Source: Octopus sinensis (lineage: Eukaryota). From it: a stretch of DNA of 64,000 bases. The stretch covers positions 11,904,001-11,968,000 of the forward strand of contig NC_043008.1 in NCBI RefSeq assembly GCF_006345805.1, read 5' to 3'. Positions 53,696 to 64,000 of this stretch are shown piece by piece. Below the pieces are notes generated by a model that searched no databases, was not told the DNA's origin, and saw only the letters and a program-made list of their open reading frames with translations. Position 1 is the first letter of the stretch, and every line of letters starts with the position of its first letter. A program made the translations under genes and the position numbers.

Positions 53696-54884
53696 TCTCT
53701 ATATAGGCGCAGGAGTGGCTGTGTGGTAAGTAGCTTGCTAACCAACCACATGGTTGCGGGTTCAGTCCCACTGCGTGGCATCTTGGGCAAGTGTCTTCTG
53801 CTATAGCCCCGGGCCGACCAATGCCTTGTAAGTGGATTTGGTAGACGGAAACTGAAAGAAGCCTGTCGTATATATGTATATATATATATGTGTGTGTGTG
53901 TGTTTGTGTGTCTGTCCCCTTAGCATTGCTTGACAACCGATGCTAGTGTGTCTACGTCCCCACCACTTAGCGGTTCGGCAAAAGAGACCGATAGAATAAG
54001 TACTGGGCTTACAAAGAATAAGTTCCGGGGTCGATTTGCTCGACTAAAGGCGGTGCTCCAGCATGGCCGCACTCAAATGATTGAAACAAGTAAAAGAGTA
54101 AAAAGAGTAAAGAGTATATATAAACGGCAGTTTGTCTGTGTGTCTGTCAGGTTGTACCCTCACCCTGACCACGGCTTTCAACCGATTCTGATGAAACTTG
54201 ACACACACATAGCCCAATGTTATAATTCAAAACTAACGCAGCGAAAATTTTGAAAAGTTCCCCCAGTTCTGAAATATAATCGATAAATTCGACATGGGTC
54301 GAGAATCTAAGCTTTTTACATGCAACACATTTTCTACTCGACCTTTTTAACTCTCGGAACACGTGGGGTAAGTATCCCAAAATGTATAAAAAATGTACAA
54401 AAACGGCAAAAAAGCGGGCAGCAATGTGAGTGACAACAACGAAAAAGTCAAAAGTGACCAAACTGAACAAACGAATGGAAAAGGTTTTTTTGGTGCACAC
54501 CACAAAAGCGGTTTATAATAAACCAAGAGTTTGCAAGTAGCGTCCGAGGACCCTTAGGGTACGTCAAAAATTTAAGGTAAAACGTTTGGGGTGGTAGTTA
54601 TAAAGAAAGTGTAAACAAAAAAAGTATTCGAATAACTTGCGGCTGCAGCAGCTATTAGCAGAAGTGGCGGTGCTGGGGGTAAAGTCTCGAATGTAATTTC
54701 TTCCTGGTAGGAATTGGTTGGGTTGAATTATCGATAGCTGTTTGATAGTAATTTGGGAATGAAGAGAAGACATTGCAACCTACACATGCGCCTTCGTTCC
54801 CTAGAGGGAAAGGACTAGATTGGGATTAGTCGTTGCCTACTAGGGACTCTTACATACCCGGGCAACGCCGGGCTATGTTGCTAG
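53696..54884 (+). mobile_element. Non-autonomous Helitron, family H3 (interrupted by a SINE)
   Basis: tc-tatata..[SINE]..tatatataaacggcagtttgtctgtgtgtc 5' block; cccgggcaacgccggg hairpin 54857-72; CTAG|T at 54881-84. Confidence 0.75.
53706..54113 (+). mobile_element. SINE family A inserted in the Helitron 5' terminus
   Basis: Full consensus; tatata on both sides. Confidence 0.92.
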
Positions 54885-54919
54885 TCTTGAAATAAACTGA
54901 ATAATGGCAAAGATACATA

Positions 54920-55312
54920 TATCATCATCATCATTGTTCGACCGTGGTCGAGACAATGGAATTTACCATGCTACGCCAGACTTCACGCTCCATCATGGCA
55001 TTACGGAGGTCCTGTTGCTGGATGCCTGTATCCCTGGAGATCACATCAGGGTAGGAGAGTGTGCGCCCTCTGGTATTGCGAGTAGATGGCTTCCAGAGGA
55101 GAAGAGGAGAAATTACCTCTTTTTCAGCTCTACAACAATGTCCAGCAAACTGAACTCTCCCACCTTTCACAAGAGATGACACAGGTGGTAGTTTCCCATA
55201 TATTTGCATTTTGGTTGGATGGCGCTTCCACGAGAGATTTTGAGCTCTCATAAGGAGGCGAGTGTAGGTTCCATCCAACCGCCTCTCAAGCTTCTTTGAT
55301 AACGTCCAGGTT
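54920..55312 (-). pseudogene. RTE-like LINE ORF2 C-terminus plus (GAT)n tail
   Basis: Open frame TWTLSKKLERRLDGTYTRLLMRAQNLSWKRHPT...QFAGHCCR...LLLWKP...RGRTLSYPD...REVWRSMV*, followed directly by (gat)n. Confidence 0.85.
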
Positions 55313-55825
55313 ATATACATGCATACGTACATACATATATGCGTAGAAAGTAGAATATAAGTGGGAAATTGTTCGCTCAGAAAATACGAGCGTACTTTTG
55401 AGTTCGTTAGAGTGTGTTTAGTAAAACAATTTTACTTTATATAATTTATTGCACAAGTCACATTAAAATGATGAACCGTGTACACTGCTATGTAACTCTA
55501 GTTGCCTATAAACTTAGTAAGTATTTTATAAACATGACACGCAAACACACACACAAACACACACGCACACATACAAACACACACACACAATCCAATAGTA
55601 ATAATTGTTTCGAGCTGAAGGGATTATTTATTATTAAATACTTCACTTTTACAAGATTAGTTTTGTATCTTTCGGGAAGATATTATCTCGTATACACACA
55701 AGCAAGCACGTGTGTAAACACACACACACACACACATATACAGACAAACACACGCAGAGACACACACATACATTCTGATGAGCATATGTATGCTTATGTA
55801 TGTTTGTGTGAGTGTATGTGTGTTA

Positions 55826-55893
<68 letters not shown>

Positions 55894-55927
55894 GTGTATA
55901 TGTGTTTATATAGTTATATATATATAT

Positions 55928-55965
<38 letters not shown>

Positions 55966-56943
55966 TTGATAGATAGATAATAATATAGGGTGAAATTAAT
56001 TAATTTGGAATAATCATTAATTTCACCAAGTAGATTTCGGCATGTAAAAGCCCCATTCGAGGAACGTTTAAGTAATACTAAGTAATTAAGGGTTTAGCAA
56101 CGATTTGCCTCACCACACACCGAATTTAGAAATAGCAATCAAAGAGTTATGGCTATTCTTTCTAGTTAAAAGGGAGATCTCAGTAAAACCACAGCACTTA
56201 AAAGGCGATAGATAGAGATAGAGAGAGAGAGATTAAGAAAATCTCGATCGCAGGAGAATTGCAACGAAAGCAGTTTTAGAAAATCGGGTAGAAATACCCC
56301 TATGTACATTTATCTGTTGTTCCGAAGTTTACACAACGATCCTACTGCGTTAGATATATTTTTAATTTTTTAAAATACGAAACTTGCTCGATGTTTCAAT
56401 GTTGTTTTACTCTCTACTCCCTCTATCCCTCCCTCTCTACTCCCTCTATCTCTCTCAAACACACACACATATACATGTTAATGATGATGACGCGTTGGAG
56501 TTGTAAAATAAAATAATGTATTGGATCGAACTAGCGGCTGATGTACGCATCCCTACAAATGAATGTCTTTGTAACGAAATTAAAGGCCAAATGATCTCCA
56601 TCCACGTTTTAGTAGGAATGTAATCATGGTTTAGTCGTTGCTACATTACTGATCACATTTTTTAAATATTTTCCACATCAACTTTTAAAAAGTTAAACTG
56701 TTATCAAAAACGTTTTTGCCATAACTATTTTTACATTTTTTTCGAGTATTGTCCATTCATGATTCCAGTCGCCATCATTTGCTTCCCCCTTTCTTGATGG
56801 TAAAACATGACTTACAGACGTCGTAGATGCTAATTTTTGAATATTGAGTGTCTTCATAAACCGCATCTAATTGGGCTTTTTTTAGACATCGTCTGTCGAG
56901 CATCTCAATAGCCGTCGCTGTGCTTAATATTTTGATAATGATT

Positions 56944-57460
56944 AGGTAGCGAGCTGCCTGAATCGTTGCAGCGCCAGTCTTAACGGGCCTTGTGCCTTGA
57001 GTAGAAAAGAATATTTTGATAAATCTAAGGCAGCGTGCTGGCTGAATTGCTACAGCATCAGACGAAATGCATAGCTGTATTTCGTCCGTTTCTTTCGTTC
57101 TGAGTTCAAATTCCGCTGAGGTCGACTTTACCTTTTATCCTCTCGGGTTCGATAAATTAAGCACCTGTTGCGTACTGGAGTCGATCTAATCGACTGGCAT
57201 CCCCTCCAAAAAAATTTCGGGTCTTGTGCCTAGAGTACAAAAGAATATTTTGATAATTGTAAGGCAGCGAGCTGCCTGAATCGTTACAGCGCCAGGCGAA
57301 TTGCTTCGCTGTATTTCATTCTCCTTTATGCTCTGAGTTCAAAATCCGCCGAGGTCGACTTTACCTTTTACACTCTCGGGGTCGATAAAATAAGTAGCAC
57401 TTGCGTACTGGGGTCGATGTAATCAACTTATCCCCTCCCGCGAAATTGCTTAGTATTAAA
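56944..57460 (+). mobile_element. Tandem array of SINE family B-variant units
   Basis: One deleted and two longer units, separated by aatattttgataa(t). Confidence 0.85.
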
Positions 57461-58299
57461 ATTTTGAAATCAATATTTTGATAATTAAGTTCTCACTCAT
57501 TCAGTCTTGAGTGCGAAAAAAACCGAAAATGAGTGCTAAAAAAGAAAGAAAGATAGAATGAGAAAAAGAAAGAGTGGAAAACAGACAGACAGCCCGGCAA
57601 ACGGATAAATACATAGAAAAAAGAGAGACAAGATTCGTCACTGGCTCATAATATCATGTTATCGTTAGAGAAATGTGATGAAAGAGATCATAAAACAGAT
57701 CTTGTTTTCCTTTTATGTAGAAGATGATTCTCATGTTTCCCCATCATTCTTTCATAAGGAGCGGAAGAACATATTAATAAGGTAAAACAAATTTACTGTT
57801 ATTGGAATTCTAATTAATATTTACTTGGCCATTTTTACTTTCTTTGTGTATTTGTATATTATTATTGCAACTGTTGCATTACAGATATTTTGTTTCATCT
57901 CCTTAGTATTTTTTTTTATAACAGTTCTAGACTTGCTATATATTTATTTATATATATTTTTGATTTTTTTCCATATGATTCTTTTATTGATATTCTTTAC
58001 AAAAAAAAAATAAAAGAGATGAAAAAATTATTTTAATATAAGACATGAGGTTCGTTCTGCTATCATTAAAGACTATAAAAGAGAAATTATTTAATAAAAT
58101 CACTGAGTTGTGACGATGCTTTTTTAATATATACGAAGCGGTCGGTTAGTAAGATTTTATTAAAAAAACAGGGAAAAATGGATAAACATTTGAGGCAAAT
58201 TTCGCAAAAATTTATTGGATTTATCAATACACTGCTTTTGTAAATTTATTGCTCCTTCACTCCAAATACATTTATGTTTGAGTGTTTCTGTATGTATAT

Positions 58300-58612
<313 letters not shown>

Positions 58613-58990
58613 AAACAAGTAAAAAATAGAAAATGCTAAAATAATTTTATAGTGATATATACATACATGTATAATCGTATGTGTGTACATGTGTATATTA
58701 ATTTTATGTCACGTGGCGTGCCGAGAGCAAACCATTATTTTCAGAAAAATAATACTTCCGCGCCACTACAATTGCATACGTATTTTTATAACCACACACA
58801 CACACTTTTACACACACTTTTACACACACACACATACAAACACGCTCATTGTCACACATACACATGCACACATTCAAACACACACACACACAATTACATG
58901 CGTCTATCGATGCAGTCATATGCATGTGGATGTTTGTGTTTTGTATATCTAGATTTCACCGATGAGAAATCAGCCAGTGGAACAATTGTG

Positions 58991-59000
58991 TTTTTCGATG

Positions 59001-59059
<59 letters not shown>

Positions 59060-59141
59060 TGTTGTTGTTGTTCAGGTCACTGCTTGGAATCGAACTCGGA
59101 ATCTTGGGTTTAGTAGCCTGCGCTCTTAACCACTATGCCAT
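58991..59141 (-). mobile_element. tRNA-like Pol III head plus (AAC/AAT)n
   Basis: rc tggcatagtggttaagagcgcaggctactaaacccaagattccgagttcgattccaagcagtgacc with A box TGGCATAGTGG and B box GAGTTCGATTCC. Confidence 0.8.
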
Positions 59142-59171
59142 AATAATAATAATGATAATAATGATAATAAC

Positions 59172-59218
<47 letters not shown>

Positions 59219-59232
59219 TGATGATGATGATG

Positions 59233-59269
<37 letters not shown>

Positions 59270-59278
59270 ATAATAATG

Positions 59279-59313
<35 letters not shown>

Positions 59314-59332
59314 TAAAATGATGATGATGATG

Positions 59333-59368
<36 letters not shown>

Positions 59369-59519
59369 TGATGATGATGATGATGAGATGATGATGATGA
59401 TAATAATAATAATATATTAATAATAATAATAATAATGATGATGATGATGATGATGATAATAAATAATAATATAATAATAATAATAATAATATAATAATAA
59501 TAATAATGATGATAATAAT

Positions 59520-59550
<31 letters not shown>

Positions 59551-59612
59551 GATGATGATGATGATAATAATAATAATAATAATAAATAATAATAATAATA
59601 ATAAATAATAAT

Positions 59613-59678
<66 letters not shown>

Positions 59679-59704
59679 TGATGATGATGATGATGATGAT
59701 AATC

Positions 59705-59752
<48 letters not shown>

Positions 59753-59765
59753 TGATAATGAGATG

Positions 59766-59808
<43 letters not shown>

Positions 59809-59880
59809 TGATGATGATGATAATAATAATATAATAATAATAATAATAATAATATAATAATAATAATAATGATGATGATG

Positions 59881-59970
<90 letters not shown>

Positions 59971-59982
59971 GATAATAATAAT
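59142..59982. repeat. ~840-bp compound (AAT)n/(GAT)n microsatellite
   Basis: Directly visible. Confidence 0.97.
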
Positions 59983-60033
59983 AACATGGAAAAATATCAT
60001 AGGAATGAGAACCCAGGTTCGAAATTTCCCCAG

Positions 60034-60079
60034 GAAACCTGAAGAAGGCTGGAGGGTATATCAGTCGAAACGTTGTGTT
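60034..60079 (+). ncRNA. Minimal hammerhead ribozyme motif
   Basis: Core CTGAAGA 60039-45 (+A), stem II GGCTG/CAGTC, GAAA 60067-70, palindromic AACGTT, GUU triplet, stem I GAAAC/GTGTT with one mismatch. Confidence 0.75.
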
Positions 60080-60430
60080 AACAACAAACAAGATGAGGAC
60101 AAATATCCGTCGAATGTAAATACTCTTATGACCCTTTCGCAAAATGGGTTCACTTTTCTCGATACAATCCTGCACAAATGAAGCCCGATCTTCTTTTTTA
60201 GACGCGATCAGACTCTACACACTTCAATTCCAAGCGCTGCTATATGCAGTAAATGAGAACAAGAACGTTATAAGTTAGTGTGCATGCGCGACAGAGTTCG
60301 GGGTTCAGATGCGACAAGCGGTTTTTGCTCTGCTTACTTTGGTTTCGTTACCTTAGTAACAGTCCCGATACTTTTGGGTCAGACCTCACATGACAATTAG
60401 TGCTCTACATCCAGTTAATTTTATTTGATA

Positions 60431-60808
60431 CTTGCAGTATTGCCCGGCGTCGTTCAGGTTTGTTTCGACCCTTTAGAATTGGAATTTTTGAAAAGTAAAA
60501 ATTTGGCATTATATAGCTTGTTATTCTCTTCTTGTTGAAATACACCGAAAAATGGCGACACAGCAGTAAAAGAATCGTAAAAAAATAGGAATTTTCATAG
60601 AAAAACAAAGCACCTTTTTGATGTAAATAATTTTTGGTGTTAACATGGTCCGATTTGAATTTTTTCTCCTACGGAATGAAGAGCAAGTCTTCTTCTATCA
60701 TACTCTCAATTTTGGTCAACGTGCACCGCAGGGTCTCGGGGGAGATAGTGTTAGTTGAAGGCTACCAAACCTGCGACACACAGACAACTTCAGCTTTATA
60801 TGTATAGA
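60431..60808 (-). mobile_element. Non-autonomous Helitron, family H2
   Basis: A|TC-tatacatataaagctgaagttgtc 5' end; degenerate hairpin and CAAG|T 3' end; homologous to 23812 and 25496. Confidence 0.8.
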
Positions 60809-61472
60809 TTTCTTTAGGCACATGACCAGAGTGCCTGACTGATACGAGCGCCATGTCAAGTCTGTGACTTTGTTTCCGAGAGAAGAAGAATAAAAACTTC
60901 CCGTTACCAAGATATTGCTTATATATTCAGTGTAAGCTGGTGTTTGTAATTAAAGTTGCAAATGATGAATAGTACAGCTGGTAGAAAAAAAAAACAGAAA
61001 AGAAAATAGAAAAACTCGTTCTTTACGTAATGTTTCACAACTTTACCGACGTGAAATATATTGTCTTTTGTTTGTATTTACAATGCCTTTTATCTTATCT
61101 ACTCACGATGCTCTTTAATATTCTCGATATGAAGCCGGAAATACATGTAAAACACATTTTTTTCTCTCCACTTCTTAGGTTTTCCGTCACCCATGAATGA
61201 AAATAGCAAAGACTGGTGCTTACCGAAAATGGTTATAATGCATCTTCAATGATTTATGAATAAATCACATCAACACGAGCAGCTCTTTAGGAGGTGGAAA
61301 GAGTTTTTTGAGAGAAAATGTCACAAAAACATATTTCCTATCCGACTATTTTGACTCACTCATATACACAAGCACGTACACACACACAAGCACATACACA
61401 CATGTATATATAGACATATGTATATATGTGTCTATATATATGTGTCTATATATAGACACATGTATATATAGA

Positions 61473-61721
61473 AAGGCGGCGAGCTGGAAAAGGCGGCGAG
61501 CTGGCAGAAACGTTAGCACGCCGGCGAAATGCGTTGCCGTATTTCGTCTGCCGTTACATTCTGAGTTCAAATTCCGCCGAGGTCGACTTTGCCTTTCATC
61601 TTTTCGGGGTCGATAAATTAAGTACCAGTTACGCACTGGGGTCGATGTAATCGACTTAATCCGTTTGTCTGTCCTTGTTTGTCCTCTCTGTGTTTAGCCC
61701 CTTGTGGGCAATAAAGAAATA
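61473..61721 (+). mobile_element. SINE family B with duplicated first ~17 nt
   Basis: aaggcggcgagctggaa aaggcggcgagctggcag... followed by the full body and tail. Confidence 0.92.
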
Positions 61722-61999
61722 TATATATAGACACACATTGTTGACTAATTTTCGACCCAGTTATAATTTTCTCAAACTCGTCATTGCACACTAATAAAAT
61801 AATATTTTATAGAATATGCGTATATGAGAAAGAATTTGTGGGTGCGTGTGCATGAGTGTGAACACATATTTCTGTAAAAGAACTCAGAAAGTTGGACCTT
61901 CAGCTAGGCCTTTCGCCATACTCTTAAAGTTAAGAGATTTTCAGCAACCCCTAGTATGTCCTTTGTTCTTGGATGGCACAATCATTATGTAGAAGTGTA

Positions 62000-62407
62000 G
62001 GCGTAGGAGTGGCTGTGTGGTAAGTAGCTTGCTTATGAACAACATGGTTCCGGGTTCACTCCCACCGCATGGCACCTTGGGTAAGTGTCTTCTACTATAG
62101 CCTCGGGCAGACCAAAGCCTTGCGAGTGGATTTGGTAGGCGGAAGTTAAAAGAAACCCGTCGTATATATGTACATATATGTATGTGTGTGTATATGTTTG
62201 TGTGTTTGTGTTTGTCCCCCCAACATCGCTTGGCAACCGATGTTGGTGTGTTTGCGCCCCCGTAACTTAGCGGCTCGGCAAAGGTGACCGATAGAATAAG
62301 TACAAGGCTTACAAAGAATAAGTCCTGGCGTCGAATTGCTCGACTGAAAGCGGTGCTCCTGCATGGCCACAGTCAAATGACTGAAACAAATAAAAGAGTT
62401 AAAGAGT
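62000..62407 (+). mobile_element. SINE family A
   Basis: Full head-to-tail match, moderately diverged. Confidence 0.92.
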
Positions 62408-64000
62408 AAGTTTAAAATATTCTAGTGGTTGTGATCAATATTGTGGTGCATAGAACTTCCCTCATCGGCTAACGTGGTGTTTTGAGATGCAAACCATGTA
62501 TATTTGGGTCGAAATACATAACACAGTATCGATCAGACCATCAGATTCTGTTGTACACAGTTGGTCACAATGCACTTCAAATTCTGTCTTGATTTCTCCA
62601 TTTTATTCCAATCTTGACGGAAATTGACTTCGTAAAGCAATTTGAACCAAGATTTGGGTCAAGAAATACTCATACACATTCCTAAATAACATGTCAATAT
62701 AAAACCCTTTCCCTTCACTGAGAGGATGGAATATAGGTTAAACATCCAATGTAGTTACCTCTAGTCAGTGTTCCATTATACAAAACGATGCAAATAAAAC
62801 TACTTTTTTTATTAAATAATGCGTAAAAAATTGCCTCATAATAAATTCGTGAGCCCATGGCAAACAACGACGTTAATACAAATATCTATTAGAAAAATAA
62901 TATAGCGATATCTCATGCAAAAATAATACATTTCTCTATTATATGATTACGAAAAAGGCATGCGGTTGAGCAACAACAACAATAAGAGAAATATAAACAC
63001 GCAAAGTAATTAAAATGTGATAAATATTTGGTAGCGGTTGATTGAATGAATCTGAGATAAGTTGCAAAATGGTATTAAAATGCATAGGAACGTAACACAT
63101 ATATTTAATTTTAAAAATGTTAGAAACTAAGGAAATAAATTTAACTTACAATGTCCTATGGCTACACTGGCAATCGCGAAATCTCCAATTTTTATGTAAA
63201 ATTCGTAGTCGATTGACCTCCTGCTTCTGGGTGAGTTATTCCAGAATTTTCGACGACTTAACGCACAGCAAATTGTCTCGTGATATTGAAATATTTATTA
63301 TATACAGAAATTTGAATGTACATCGTTATTAGGAACATATACAACCACACAAACACACTCGTTCATTCATGTTAGCAGGCATAGACAAGGAGACGCATAG
63401 TCTTAAATATATTCTTCCAAAATATAAGAAAATAACATCTATAGAAAACGAAAAACCCCTCATGCCTACTCATGCTCAAAGCCACCAACACACAGACTTA
63501 TACATGTAACACATTACAAGTAAACCTCATTCACTGGTATATGCCTATAATACTGCGCATAGACATACATCTTCAGAAACCAACACCGATGCATACACAC
63601 GTACATGAAGGAAGCAGAGGATGTTGGCGTAATTATAGAGAAATAGATTCTACCAAAGATCAAGAATCAGATTAATGAACCGGTTTGCCACCAACTAAGC
63701 TTTTTTGTTCCATGGGACACATCATCAAAAAAACAGACATGGGAAGAAATTTTGCTGGGAGCCATTTTTTCTAAATTTATCATTAGAACAAGATCATGAT
63801 GTTGATTGAATTACTACTTAAAAAAGATTTTATAACAGTGTTTTTTTGTTTTTTTGTATACCTTTTTCTTGACCATTAAAAATAGATAAAACTAACGTAT
63901 AAATTATCTTTAATAACGTGATTTAGACTTGAGATTGAGAGAGACTATACTAAATGCCTCAGAGATGTGAATCGAGCAGTGGTTCCCAACGTGGTGTCCG

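Noticed and set aside
56814-56920. Minus-strand open frame ending at a GTAAGT donor (ATAIEMLDRRCLKKAQLDAVYEDTQYSKISIYDV)
   Set aside because: The acceptor lacks a polypyrimidine tract and abuts the SINE array; no family recognised.
63977-64000. cagtggttcccaac, resembling a hAT/MITE terminus
   Set aside because: Only 24 nt at the window edge; the partner TIR is not visible.

Overview
This is a eukaryotic, AT-rich window saturated with microsatellites, with one 100-N scaffold gap at 8978-9077. The SINE families and microsatellite load suggest an Octopus (cephalopod) genome; that is inference. I can support no intact host gene, and nearly all ORFs in the track are microsatellite translations or transposon relics. 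The window is a transposable-element mosaic. It holds three or four tRNA-derived SINE families (about 25 copies, some chimeric or tandem), seven non-autonomous Helitrons with shared termini, and a decayed autonomous Helitron (Rep N-terminus with 23-aa repeats). It also holds two mariner families, a deleted piggyBac, a foldback MITE, RTE-like LINE 3' ends and Penelope-like (PLE) RT/GIY-YIG relics. The most striking signal is a set of about eight dispersed minimal type-I hammerhead ribozyme motifs (CUGANGA / stem II / GAAAC / palindromic stem III / NUH) in short non-coding elements embedded in (TA)n or (AAT)n tracts. One pair sits in the arms of a 2.3-kb palindrome, and one appears to belong to a tRNA-headed (Pol III) SINE-like composite. 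All coordinates and pairings were read by eye, so element edges are approximate.
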